DNA from: Octopus sinensis
Taxonomy: Eukaryota
Reading direction: 5' to 3'
NCBI RefSeq assembly: GCF_006345805.1
Contig: NC_043006.1
Span: 42,036,001 to 42,100,000 of the forward strand
DNA: 64,000 nt
Numbering within the stretch: the first letter of the stretch is position 1; the number at the start of each line of letters is the position of its first letter. A program made the translations under genes and the position numbers. Under the pieces are notes generated by a model that ran no database searches, was not told where the DNA came from, and was given only the letters and a program-made list of their open reading frames with translations. Shown in pieces: positions 41,381 to 55,030 of this stretch.

Positions 41381-41724
41381 ACCTATCCATTCTTGTTGCT
41401 TCTTTCTCGCTTATAATCACCCCACATTACTGTATTGTTAAATCAGTATAGTTTTTTTTGGTGCATCTAAGTTAGGTACCATATTCAAGTAAATTCTTTT
41501 AAATTAACTTGAATCTTTATTGCTCTTTTTTTATATATATATATATATATATACACACACATATACAACGGGCTTCTCTCAGTTTCCGTCCATTAAATCC
41601 ACTCACAAGGCTTTGGTCGGCCCGAGGCTATAGTAGAAGACACTTTCCCAAAGTGCCACGCAGTGTGACTGCAGAAAGATTCATACATAAATAGTAAGAC
41701 GTGTGTGCATTTATGTGTGTGAGT

Positions 41725-42052
41725 TGAGGGCGCGTGGCTTAGTGGTTAGGGCATTCGGCTCATGATCGTAAGGTTGTGAGTTCGATTCCCGGCGACGCGT
41801 TGTGTCCTTGAGCAAGACACTTTATTTCACGTTGCTCCAGTCCACTCAGCTGGCAAAAATGAGTTGTACTTGTATTTCAAAGGGTCAGCCTTGTCACTCT
41901 CTGTGTCACGCTGATTATCCCCGAGAACTACGTTAAGGGTACACGTGTCTGTGGAATGCTCAGCCATTTGCACGTTAATTTCACGAGCAAGCTGTTCCGT
42001 TGATCGTATCAGCTGGGACCCTCGTCGTCGTAACCGGCGGAGTCTTTTTTTT
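41725..42052 (+). mobile_element. SINE family C, full length, 15-bp TSD
   Basis: A-box TGGCTTAGTGG, B-box GAGTTCGATTCC, central GTGTCCTTGAGCAAGACAC, poly-T tail. TSD TTTATGTGTGTGAGT at 41710-41724 and 42053-42067. Confidence 0.93.
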
Positions 42053-43104
42053 TTTATGTGTGTGAGTGCATCTTAGTATCTGTCCAACTAGCATCATCAC
42101 TTGACAAAATTTTCATACAGACACGCGCTCATATACAAACGTACGTACATACCTACATACATACATGCATACTTACAATGTATACGGTGTAAAGAGTACA
42201 AAAATAAACCAGTCTGAATATTGCGAGGATCAGCATCTGGTAAGAAAGCAATTACGATATATTTTTATATATAGGTTATAGTTTTTTGTAATCTTCACGA
42301 GTGACTAGCAGGAAAACTAGGTAACAATATACAATTTCTCTCTCTTTAACGAACACGAATATCTTCATATTGGTTTCTCGTGTCCAAATCGTATGAAATA
42401 CATATTAACAATCAAATAAGATTGAAATTCTGACTTATTTTACACGCTATATAGACTCAGTTATATACACATGGTGTTATGCTGGCTTCTATCTCGATAT
42501 AGTAGTAGAAGTAGCTTTGTATTAACTTATTTTCTACCTGTTGCTTCCGATCCCATACGTTTGTTCTGTGTTCGCTCACACAATATTCATATGGCTTCAA
42601 ATTGTTCCCATTACACGGTAGAACATCTCGCCTATTAACTACACCAATGAATATTCGTTGTCACTAAGTAAACTAAAACGAGGTATGTAAGGCCACCTCT
42701 GATATGTGTATTTGTGTATGTTGATTCGTTGACAGACGATAACTGAATAATAATCTGTATAGCGACTCTGTGTGTTTGTGCGTGAGAGAATAACGCTGCA
42801 GGAAAATGCGTGTATAATGTATGAATTATTGAAATAAATTATTGAAGCGGTAACAGTGTTTGTTTTTGATATTTAGGTTTACTATGTGGTTGGTAATTGT
42901 TACGCTTGAGTGAATTTGGAAATTAAGGGCGTCACCCTGTAGTCAACGGGCGGTGGGTGTATACATACTTAAATAGTTAAAGCAATTTTTGGGAGCATCG
43001 AGAAATATGATGTGTCTCTGTTACGAGATATCTGGAATACAAATGTTGCTATAAATGATTTCATATTTTGATAGAAGGCGAGAAATGACAGAGAGAGAGA
43101 GAGA

Positions 43105-43295
43105 GAGAGTTAGTCGAATACACTGACTGGTGCTCTATTTTATAGAGCCTGAACGGTGACCTCGGTGATATTTCGACTCAAAACGTAATAAAAAAAAATC
43201 ATTAAATTTTTTTTTAATAAATAATAAAATAACAGAAGAAATATGAATAAGAATTTTGTCCGGTACGTTAGCGATTCTGCCAGTTCGCCGCCACC
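43105..43295 (-). mobile_element. SINE B, diverged
   Basis: GATTCTGCCAGTTCGCCGCC head (reverse complement). Confidence 0.65.
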
Positions 43296-43502
43296 TTATT
43301 GTATCTATAAATGATAGTTCACAATGCATTGGGTAAAAATACCCCTTGAAGGGAGAAATGGCGGACTGCCATCCTGAAATTTTACTATTTATACGAAGAG
43401 ATGACACGTAAAAGAGACTTAACTTTGCGGTGTGTGTGTACGTGTGTGTGTGCGCGCGCGCATATATACATACATATATATATATATATATATACGTATG
43501 TA

Positions 43503-43939
43503 TATATGGTAACTTTTACCTGTTTTAGTCATTGGACTGCAGCCATGCAAGGGCACCAGCTTGAAGAATTTTTAGTCGAATAAATCGACCCCTGTAATAA
43601 CTTCTTTTAAAACCTGGTGCTTGTTCTATCGGTCTGTTTTGCTGAACCGCTAGATGAAGTGGACGTAAACACCAACACCGGTTATCAAATTGTCAAACGG
43701 TGGTTGGGGAACAAACAGAGGCGCAAAGATACACACACACACACACACATATATAGTTGAAATTTACAGAAAAACAAAAGACGAAGACAGGTGTATAAAC
43801 AACAAGCAGGTGTATTAGTTTGACCTTTGGGAAGGTGAGAAAATCTTTTACATTTCGATCCTATGCTCTTCAACAGAAAGGAACACGAAGAAATAAACAG
43901 AGAGAGAATAAAAAAAAATTTTGGAGTTACATATATATA

Positions 43940-43981
<42 letters not shown>

Positions 43982-44128
43982 ATATGGTGAGCTTCTTTCA
44001 GTTTCCGTCTGTCAAATCTACTCACAAGGCTTTGGTTGGCCCGAGGTTATAGTAGAGGTCACTCTCCCAAGATGCCACGCAATGAGACTGGGCTCAGAAC
44101 CATGAGGTTCTTACCACACAGCCACGCT
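43503..44128 (-). mobile_element. SINE family A with a ~180-bp insertion (about 43750-43930) in its microsatellite
   Basis: Tail at 43503-43745 and head at 43985-44128. The inserted piece carries a degenerate hammerhead-like motif. Confidence 0.72.
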
Positions 44129-45614
44129 TGATACATAATTAAGAACGTAATCTATGTTACACGAGGTAATCGTCCAAACTGCGAATGACCCTTTATAATC
44201 TAATGTTGTGCAAGTATTCTTCCAGAAATGTCAAGTTGAATATATACTGTTTGGAGCAAGTGCCATTGTAGGGTTGATCGGAAAAGAAACAACTCATACA
44301 TGCAAACAATGGAATATAGTTTGCAATGAGCAAGTTCTCAACAGTATAACTCATTTTAGAAGTGGCAGAACAGTACGTTTTTTTTTTATATTTTCCATTT
44401 ATACGTGCCCAATGAGACACGTACCAGACAGAATGCTGACAAGTTAATGAAACTGCTTATAAATGATCTCCTGATCTGTTAGAAATATTTTCTGTTAATC
44501 CCACCCTACTATCCTAAAGATGGATGCATTGGACAATGTCGACCCTCGTATATAAAAAAAATTACGGAGCGGTCAGTTGTATAGCTAGAGGTGAACAGAC
44601 GGGCGTTTCACCCCGAGTAACGCTGTTATGTGGGTAGCAATTTTGCTATATAAGCCTGTAGGCTTGGTGGAGTCAAGTGCGGGGGGGGGGGGGATGCGAA
44701 CTCAAGGGTTCTTCTAGTGATACACTCTTCAGATGCCCCACTGAAGACGGACGGGGCTGAGAATAGTTTGATCCTAAGTCTGCTCAATCAGGGTTGACAT
44801 GAAATTGTAAATAATAATAAATGCTTGGTGATAACAAGAATGTATAATTGTTCTATCTGCTGCTTTGTGACATCATTATAAGAGATGGGATATACTGACT
44901 CACTGGTTCTTACGTAGCTACAAGACATTAGATTCATAAAACACAAACAAACGTGGGTAAATATTTAAAACTGTGACAAGAAATCTCAGAATCGTCTCGA
45001 CAAGAACAATTATTTATATTAAACTGTACTCACGTCCTAATAATATCATGAAGAAGATATGAAACAACGTGTTTCTAAATTGCTAGAAGAGGTTTTTAAT
45101 ACATTTCTCCTACTTCCTGCAACTCAAAACATTTACACAGGGTTTTGAATATCAGAAATATATTGATGAAACAGCGTTCTTATTACAAACACTGATATCC
45201 TGGGGGGTTGGACCAAATTGCGATCAATATTGATTATTGGTTAATTACAAATTATCAATATACCAAGATTCTAGCTGAAGTGATTGCAGCTAGAATGTCA
45301 GACAGTACTTGGAAGTGTTCCAAATCTTAAAGATTGTATTATTTGCAACTAGTGTTGTGGGACCAGTATGGGGCCATTGGTAAAGTTAAAAGACCCGTGA
45401 ATTCTTGTCTAAGATTGTAATAAAAAGTGTCTATTGTTATTTTTGAGAGATATATGTGTAAATATTCATATTTTAGAGTGTATGTGTGTTTGGAAGGGGT
45501 GCGCGCACGCGCATGTCTGTGAAGCACATAAATATACACAGTACGTGTTCCTCTTTTATGTGCACCATATACCTGCACACAAGCATATGTGTTTATACTT
45601 TTATAGACACGTGA

Positions 45615-45728
45615 GCATATATATATATATATATATGCGTACATATATGTATGTATATATATGCGTACATATATGTATGTATATATATACATATATATAT
45701 ATATACATATATATACATATATACATAC

Positions 45729-45777
<49 letters not shown>

Positions 45778-45825
45778 CATATATATATATACATATATAT
45801 ACTATATATATATACATATATATAC

Positions 45826-45874
<49 letters not shown>

Positions 45875-45916
45875 CATATATATACATATAGATACATATA
45901 TATACATATATATATA

Positions 45917-45950
<34 letters not shown>
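45615..45950. repeat. (TA)n/(TACA)n microsatellite
   Basis: Directly visible. Confidence 0.95.
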
Positions 45951-45954
<4 letters not shown>

Positions 45955-46987
45955 AGGAATGTAAATACAATGGAAAGAATGACAGATACATGTGTGCATA
46001 CATGCATTATGTACATATAATTATACATACATAGGAAAACAAATAGAAAAGATATAAAGCAAGCTGCTGAGAGAATGAGAGGTGTGGAGTGAGCAAAGGA
46101 AAGAAATAATGCAAAAATGAAGACAAAAATGTTTATAGAGACTCATCGAAATACAAGATTCAGCTATTAAATACATATGTACGAAGATAGATATGTGCGA
46201 GTATGCTGAATGGAAAATACACTGAGGCTTTTTTCGCTTAAAAAGAAATGAAAAAACCGAAAAAAGCAAACAAGAAAAACAAACAAAATCACAAAGAAAG
46301 CGAGCAAGAAAGAAAAAGGAAAAAGAAGCGGAGGGGGGGATAAGATTTACATGCTTCAATGAAACTAACAAATCTATATGAATACAGATCACTAAGAAAT
46401 TTCAGAATCGTCGTTCCTCACACCATACCGTACACTCATCTTCATTTCTTGGTTTTAAACAAACGTGACTACGTAAGTGAGTGTGAGAAAATCTTAATTA
46501 TTCTCTTCACTTTCTTCATCAGTTTTCTTTTTTGTTTTTTGCTGCGGCAACTTCTGTTTCTTCTTCATTCTTCTGCTCCTTTTTCTTCTCCTTTCCCCCT
46601 TCTTTCTTCTTGTTCCTCCTCTTCCCTTTGTAGTTTTATGCAGGAATGCCATATGGAGTATTAAGGCGTGGCAACATCGACCTATTGCAGTACTTTGAAT
46701 ATCAGTTATGCAGTATAGTGCTGTAGGTTAAAAGGGCAATGCAGTGAGCTGCTGATTGGTAGCAGATCGACTCTTAATCAATAGGCCGGGGTTCTAATCT
46801 GACTTCCAGACCGTAACGCGTTCGAACGATACAAAAACAAAACAGTACTATCCCAAATCCTTAAACTCACAGATTCGGTTATTAGGTTTCTTTGACGTAT
46901 AAATGACTAGGGTGACAATTTCCCCGTTCTGCAGAAGGCCAGTCCCTTGTTTGGGTTATTGATTTACACCTGGGTTGATAGACATAA

Positions 46988-47095
46988 AGTGAAATGAAAC
47001 GTTTTGCTTCCAAAACACAACGCACCACCTGGTCCAGGAGCCGAAACTATGACCTCTTGAATTCACCACCCTAAACACTAGACCACACGCCTTCA
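46988..47095 (-). mobile_element. SINE C head fragment
   Basis: Reverse complement reads GTGAAGGCGTGTGGTCTAGTG...CCTGGACCAGG..GCGTTGTG. Confidence 0.6.
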
Positions 47096-47399
47096 CTCTG
47101 AATTACAAAGACAACAAGTAATGAGAAATCTTTTGCCGGGAAAAGCTAAGGAAACAAAACTTTCACGCTTCATGGTAAGTTCGTCTATGGCGGGTAGATT
47201 CTCCTGTGGAGAGACTCAAACGCACCACTACATCCCTTGTCGCTGAGTCTGCTGTCATTTACAACTATGTGCTTAAGACGCCCGAGTTATCTCTCTGTGA
47301 TTTTGTTTTAAACTACTTTTTATTATCAATAAAACAGAATACCTTTAATGATACACTAATATCCAATTACCTCCCTTTATATGCTTTCTAAGAGTTTAT

Positions 47400-47602
47400 A
47401 CTATGGACACAAGACCTGGAAGTTGTGGGGTGGGCAGTCGATTACTTTGACCCTAGTACTCGACTGGTACATATTTCATCGATCCCCCTAAAGGATGAAA
47501 GGCAAAATCTACCTCTGCGGAATTTGAACTCGGAAGGTAAAGACGTACAATATGCCGCTAAGCATTTTGTCCGACGTGCTAAGGTTCTGCTAGATCGCCG
47601 CT
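47400..47602 (-). mobile_element. SINE B, diverged
   Basis: AAGGATGAAAGGCAAA..GCGGAATTTGAACTC matches the family B reverse complement. Confidence 0.7.
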
Positions 47603-50600
47603 TCAATCATCTCTCTTTATATAAAAACGTTTACTTTCACCTCAAAATGTCCCATTAATAATGACTCCTTTAATTTTAAAAGTGTTTCAGCTAGAATCAC
47701 AAAACGTTTCCGATAGCTATTTCTCCTCGTAACTGAATTACTCTGGTTATCCGGACACTTACGATTTCTCCACAATACATCTTTACCCATCTTCTAATCT
47801 CTTCAGACGCTATCCTCGCTTATATCTGAATGACAATCGTTCGTAAAGTTACAATATTCTGTTCTCACTGACGTACTTTATTTCTCATATATGTTATAAA
47901 TATTTCAAAGTATGTGCATCGTTATATGGCAAATGAAAGGCTTCAGACTAAGGCAGTGCATCAGTTGACATGAGATAAGAGTGTTCGAGTTGGTCCTCTT
48001 ACACGGAACACAGTCAGTTAATGCTTTTCAAGAACTGATATTAATTATATCAAAATTCTACTGGGATGTTAATGCTATTCCAGCATCTTACGAAGAAATA
48101 AAACGCATACCATCTACGCTGAGGGGTTTCGGATAATGCGGTAAACTGAAACACTGAACTTCGAATACAGTAAATCAATCCTTACAATTGATCTGCTTTA
48201 TAATAAGTTTAATGCCGTACACCGTAAATCTGGTGGTAGTGACCCTACGAGCCAAAGCTATCGTGTAGTTTTGATACCAAGTTGAACAAATAGATTTGCG
48301 TTTGATATGTCTATGTTTTTTATATAAGAATGAAAATCTTTCTTCCCTAGTCTCTTCCAAAAACACTCGTGATACCTATGTCTTCTTAAATAAATAAAAA
48401 AAGTTTTTAAATTATCTTAGAAACAGCTATGCTCTTTACAAACTAGTCCGCAAGCCTGTATCGAATCTCATTTAAAAAAAACATTCTCTTCAATTAATTT
48501 AACGATACTATTGAGAAATAGTTTTGACGTTGCACTTTTACACATATACTTCATGCATGCAAGACAGGGAATGCATATGATTGACTATGTGTGAAAACAA
48601 ATATGTGTATGTAAGATGATTGTGTATTTTTGTAAGAGATACTGTGCATGGTCGTGTGTGTCTGTGTAGGAGAGTGAACTCTTTTATGTAAGTCTCTATT
48701 TTTAACATTGTACTGTAAATGCATTTTTGTAGGAAGTGGGTAGGATTGATCCGTTGCCGGAATTAAATTACCACCAGGTCTATGGGTGCTCTAGCAGAGT
48801 GTTTTCTGTTGCAAGCTTTCGATAAATTTTCCGGTTTGGGGATAACTTTTTTTGTGATTACTAGTCTTGGAAGCCCTGAAAAGGTTCATTAACACTGTCC
48901 TCTTTACTGACTAAGCGAAAAAAATTACGAAATTAATATTTCCTCGGATTTCAAATACTACCACCATCAGCTTTCCCTGTTTATCCTTTCGATGTCGATA
49001 AAATAAAGTATTAATCAAGTAGTGAGGTCGATATAATCGACTGTGACCATTCTTTAAATGTGACGCCGATGTAGCGGTTGGAACATCTGAAAAAATTCTT
49101 TACACAATTTATTCAGACAACTTGCATTGTTAGTTCAAATCTCACTGAAGTCAACTCCGTCTTGTTTCTCCCTTACTTCCCGGGTTCGAGAAATGACATA
49201 GCAGTCACGATCAGTGGATTGGCATAATTTGTTCTGGCTCTTTATATTGTGAGTTCAAACTCCACTATAACTTACTTGGGTGTTAGACTTTACCTGTTGT
49301 CTGGTTTAAAGGCACCATTTGGTGTTTAGGTGCCTTCAGCAGAGTACAATCTGTTACAAACATTCGGATTAAATATTCGGTTCTACCTTCTTCCTACCTT
49401 GCCATCTATCTCCCTCGGAAGCTTTTTAATGAGTCATTTCTTAATCCTTCTCTCGTGACTAAACAATAGAAAAATGTAAGAAATCCATAATTATCACAAT
49501 GGTAAAATATTTGTATAATCGTCGTGAGTTGCCTTAAGATAAAAATCTATGACTTGTATCAGATCAAGTCTCGGGAAAAATAATTATTTTCCACCGATTA
49601 TTGTCGCAGTGAATTATCGATACTCTGTACCGAAATATCTTTAATTAGAAATTCCATACAAAACAATGAATGGATATAAAACAAATAAAACAATTAACGA
49701 TTTTGTCTAAAATGTAAAACCCATTTCGAAAAGGTGCTTTATGAAATTTAATTTTTGGGCTTTATTTTTTATTTTTTTTTTTTCGATAAATAGAAAATAA
49801 AATATTGCAGAAGTAGAAAAGAAACAAACATGAAGTATATTACATTCACTTCAGAATTTACAAAAGTATTTAATTAAATATATAGATTTTTGGGGGCAGT
49901 TATGTTTATCATTCGAACCAACGATGCCATATTGAAAACACATCGGAAATATTTGTGAGATTATTTTGTTGCTTTACTTTTTGTAATCGGTTCTGGATAA
50001 TTACAATCCTACACGAAGAGCTGTGAAATATGCCATTTAATCAGTAGAAATCACATTAGATGAAATTGCAGTCCTTGTTCGTTCATAATACGCATTTAAA
50101 ACAAAATCGTTATAATAAAGGTGGTCAAGAGAGAGAAAGGGAAGAGTGAGATGACAGGATAAATATTAAGGAGCAGATCGAGAGAAACACGTGTAAGTAG
50201 GAGAAAGAAAAGGAAAAAGAGACAGTGTAAGATGCAATGATATATTTAGAGAGGAATAGACACATACATACACAAATATGCACCTACAAACACACAGTAA
50301 ATAAATAAATAAATAAATATAAGCGTATGTGTGTGCATGACGTGAGAGAGACACGGAGAAAAGGGTGGCGGATGGTCTATATGAGAAAAAGGTTTCAATG
50401 TTAGATTGCAACACTGAAAAGAAAAATAATGGAAAAAATCAACTTTGAGTTTGTTAAAATTACATTTAAATCCTGAATTATTTTCGGCGGTTGGCTAGCA
50501 TTATATTAAGCAGATTTTGCAAAAATAAACATTTACTTTCCGCACGGATTATGTTAAGCAACATTTTTCCATTAGAAGTTTTAAATTCGGGTGGCAAGAA

Positions 50601-51028
50601 TAATTACTTTTAATGAATGTGTTACGGTTATTAAGTTTTATCTCAGTTATATTTTCCACATTTATTTCATCGTTCAAATTTGAACAAATATTTTTAACCT
50701 AATCCACAATGAGAATGAACAAAATGATAGAGTTGACGTGGTCGTCATCGAAGCAAGAAAAGTTTGGGGGTGCATAACTCAGTGGCTGTATCGTATTTTA
50801 AACGTGGCAGTGACTAAACTTTTGATTAGCAAACTCAATGTAGCTGAAAATATATTTTGTATTGCATGAAAATACTATTCTACAGCCAAGGGAATTATGG
50901 AAATACATAAGTGACGAATGTTTAGAGAATTTTAAATGATGAGTTCAAATCTACACTGGCGTACTGCATAACTTAACGGAAAGCTACAACAATTTAACTT
51001 CCGTAAAACATTGGTATCCTCTCGCATA

Positions 51029-51876
51029 CGAGGTGTGTTCAAAAAGTATATGACTATATTTTTCTTGCCAAAACTAATGGGCAAAATCCTTTGGGTGGAA
51101 GATGATGACATCTTTCGAGGGCATGAATAAAAATGTTTGCATCTGTAAGCCGCATCTTCCACACAAGATGGCTAAACGCATCGAGCAGAAACCATAAACC
51201 CATGTCTCGTCACCAGTTACGATGGTCTTCATGAAGTCTGGGACCTGGTTTCCACACTCCAGCATGTCCTGGTCGATTTCCATGCAGAATTGCTTCTACT
51301 GCTCTGCCAGCGTCTTGAAGATGAATTTCGCCGTCCCATTCCGCTTGCACAAATCCTCCGTTTAGATTGAATGCATTGATCCTGTGCTTATTCCCACTTT
51401 GTGAGAAATATCCTGGATTGTCTCACGACGGTTTTTCCATGACTGTTCGCCGAACCTTCTCAACCAGCTCCTCATTCCGGCTTGTAGGTGTCCTGACTGG
51501 GCGTGTTTCACCTTCCAATGAGTTGTGGCCATGTTTGAAGTGTTTCTGCCATTTCTTGATCTGAAGTTTGTCCGTGACACCATCACCAAGGGTCTCTTGA
51601 ATCTTCTGGATGGTTTGAGCTTAAATATCACAACGTTTTGGCAAAACTTGATGCAATGTCTGCTCGAAGCATTCGGTAAAAACGAAAAGCCGACGAGCGC
51701 ACACTACAAATCTGTACTCTGGACGTAACAGCCAGAAATGGACGCGGCCTATCGGCGCGGAAATTTTTATGTTCGCGCAAGAAGGGTGGGGGCACCTTCC
51801 ATGCAAAGAATTTTGTTAACGCAACATTAGTTTTGGCGGAAAACTCTAAAGCCGGAGAGTTTTTGAAAGCACCTCA
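51029..51876 (-). mobile_element. Internally deleted mariner fossil
   Basis: Minus-strand MKTIVTGDETWVYG (catalytic D motif) and NRRETIQDISHKVGISTGS (HTH). Degenerate TIRs GAGGTGTGTTCAAAAAG / TTTTTGAAAGCACCTC. Confidence 0.9.
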
Positions 51877-52089
51877 AAAATATTTAGCGGGTTGTTACAA
51901 GTTGGAGAATGCTTAGTCAACAGTATTAATACGTAGTGCTGATTTTATCTATTTTGGAACGGTTGAGCACTCACATCGACACTAAGTGCATTCCCACCGG
52001 TTGTAGTTCTTCTGATAATAATGATATAAATCTATTTGCAGGGGTGAGGTGAAAAAGTGATATATTTATCCACACAACTAACACACACA

Positions 52090-52101
52090 CACATATGTGC
52101 C

Positions 52102-52176
<75 letters not shown>

Positions 52177-52259
52177 GTATATATATGTATATATATATAT
52201 ATATACATATATGTATATGTATATGTATATATATACGTATATATATGCATATATATATG

Positions 52260-52290
<31 letters not shown>

Positions 52291-52586
52291 TATATACATG
52301 GATATATATGTATATATTATATGTGCATATATATATGTATGTATATATGTATATATGTATATATATTTATATGTCTCTATATATATATGTATATATATGC
52401 ATATGTATATGTATATATATATAGTATATATACATATATGTATATTTATATACCTATATATATATATATATGTATATATATACATATATGCATATATATA
52501 TGTATATATATGTATATATATGTATATGAATATATATATATGTATATATATATATGCACATATATATGTATATGTACATATATATA
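52090..52586. repeat. (TA)n/(TATG)n microsatellite
   Basis: Directly visible. Confidence 0.95.
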
Positions 52587-52587
52587 T

Positions 52588-53616
52588 TGTGTTGGGCCCA
52601 CTTCTCTTCATCATCTACATAATGATATTACTGACACCATCAACACAGCACATCAGAACCTTCGCTGATGATTCCAAGCTCCAGAAGGTCATCAATGGCG
52701 TGGATGACCGAATAAACCTTCAGTCGACCTACTGGCTGTTGTCCAATGGGCGGAAAAGAATAACATGTTGCTAAATGAAGACAATTCGACTGATCCACTT
52801 TGGAAGGGAGGACGCTCTGAAACTCCCATACTCTCTTCCTTCTGGAGAAATTCTCATGGCATCCAACAACATCAGAGACCTGGGAGTAACAGTGGACAAC
52901 ACATAAGCTGGGCTACACATATAAGCAGCAATTGACATGGCCCGCAGAATGTGTTCCTGGATTCTCAGAACCTTCCAGTCGAGAGATTCCCACGCTATTA
53001 TCCTTCTCTTCTCCACTTTTGCCCGACCCCACCTTGAATACTGCTGTCCACTGTGGTCTCCCTACACAAACAAAAATTATGATAATTGAAGCTCCCCAAG
53101 GTCAATCACAAAAAAGATAGATGGCATGTCAGACCTTGACTACTGGGGTAGACTAGAGAACTGAAATTGTATTCACTCCACGACGCCGTGAACGCTACAT
53201 TATCTGTATGATGTGGAAAATTTTCCATCAGCACTGTCCGAATGATGTTGGCATCACCTTCAAAATGCATCCAAGGCTTGGACCACGTGCCATCCTTCCA
53301 CAACAAAAATCTAATCGCATCACATAACGACAATACGGCACAATATTTCACCTCAATTGGACCCGCTCTCTTCAACATTACACCAGGACACTCAAAAAGA
53401 ACTGACCACACAAAATTCAGAAGTCTTTGGACAATTCCTTTCAACAGTACCGGACAAACCACCCACACCCGGATATGTCTCCGCAAACATAATCTCTGCT
53501 CGAATGGGCCTTGGTGCCCAAATCCTGAACTGAAAGACTTCGCCAGGTGGTGCTATTAAGTTAGACATGGCCTGGGCCAATACTGGCCAAAAACCTTTCT
53601 AAGTTATTCTAAGTTA
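52588..53616 (+). pseudogene. 5'-truncated CR1/Zenon-like LINE: RT C-terminal half with frameshifts
   Basis: [37 protein letters not shown] and LFN..P motifs. Short tandem tail (TTCTAAGTTA)2. Confidence 0.9.
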
Positions 53617-54699
53617 TATATGTATATATATATATATGTGTATGCATATATGTATATCTATATATATGTATATATATATATGTGTGTATATATATGTATG
53701 TATATATATGTATATATATATATGTATGTATGTATACATATATGTATATATGTAACACACGTACATGTGATGTTATTATATATACGATATCAGTACTAAC
53801 TAACAAAATAAACAGTGCTCAGGATCTTAACGCAAAACATCAACGTAATTTGAACAACTCAAAAATCACTTACTTTGCCAGAGGGACATACAGCAAAAAC
53901 TTTTCAAAACAAAAGCAAGCAGGAGAAGCAATTTGATTTTAATTTAGAATTTCCACCAACATTGGAAACATTAAAACGAAAGATTCCTACACTTAAGAGA
54001 AGGAGACATTATCCTAGAAAGTACGATGGAAGATAGAATGGAAGTAATCCGTATCCGAAGTACTGAACATAGTACAAAAATATATAAAGAATAGAATAAT
54101 AAAGTAATACAAAGAAGGGAAGGAATAAGAGCAAATGTACACTAATCTTAGTGGACGTTCGCCTGTGCTCAAAGTTTATAAATTTGCACGCCATTCATAA
54201 AAGGTATGTTTGAGATAATACAAATTGCCTAGATTAGTTGCCGGTTTGATGTAAGTACAAAGTTAATGAGAATCGTTCGATGTGGCAGCAGTTTATTTTG
54301 TTGCAAGTTTCCTTATATGATTGATTATAAACAGATCCTAAATTTCTCGTAGTTGTGATCACTGCTTCCATCAAATTGCCAAATAAAAGTTGAAGACCGA
54401 TAAAAGTAAAGAACGAAAATTTAAGAAATGGTCAAACAAAACTTGCCCTAAATACATACTTTATAGACAGATTCGTCTTTTTGTTTATTTACACAATATA
54501 TGACCTTCCTTAAAACTGGACTTAACGATTCGATAAAGTGGCTCTGAGTTGCACTGATTCAGCCTGGAAACCACGTTATGATATATGCGCCTGTGGAATG
54601 ATCAGCCACTTTCACTTTTAATTCAGCAGCAGGTTATTCACATCCACATCATCAGAAGACATCCACCAAAACAATTTCATAATTCACTAAACAGTTTCT

Positions 54700-55030
54700 G
54701 GATCGTGGCACTCCGTCGGTTACGACGACAAGGGTTCCAGTTGATCTGATCAACGGAATATCCTGCTCGTGAAATCAACGTGCAAGTGGCTGAGCTCTCC
54801 ACAGACACGTGTACCCTTAACGTAGTTCTCGGGGAGATTCAACGTGACACAGAGTGTGACAAGGCTAGCCCTTTGAAATACATGTACAACAGAAACAGGA
54901 AGAGTGGGAGAAAGTTGTGGTGAAAGAATACAACAGGGTTCGCCACCATCCCCTTCCGGAGCACTCACAATGTCCGGTCTTGGAATCGAAACCGCGTCCG
55001 CTGCTCTAACTACTGGGACATTGCACCTCC
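54700..55030 (-). mobile_element. Chimeric D-head/C-tail SINE (same junction as 21764)
   Basis: Reverse complement aligns along its length with 21764-22140. Confidence 0.82.

Larger units (their letters stand above)
40750..41410. repeat. 661-bp near-perfect palindrome (324-bp and 336-bp arms, 1-nt spacer at 41074)
   Basis: GCGAGAAAGAAGCAAC...CTCACAGAAG-A-CTTCTGTGAG...GTTGCTTCTTTCTCGC. The only difference I found is a 12-nt indel (left GTAGATATTTAAAG versus right CTTTAGAAATCTGTTTAATTATCTAC). Confidence 0.97.
40488..41670 (-). mobile_element. SINE family A split at its internal (TA)n by a ~780-bp insertion
   Basis: Tail at 40488-40748 and head remnant at about 41565-41670, same orientation, with (TA)n on both sides of the insert. 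Confidence 0.8.

Noticed and set aside
47700-47830. Minus-strand IASEEIRRWVKMYCGEIVSVR as a LINE ORF1 remnant
   Set aside because: Too short to assign by eye.
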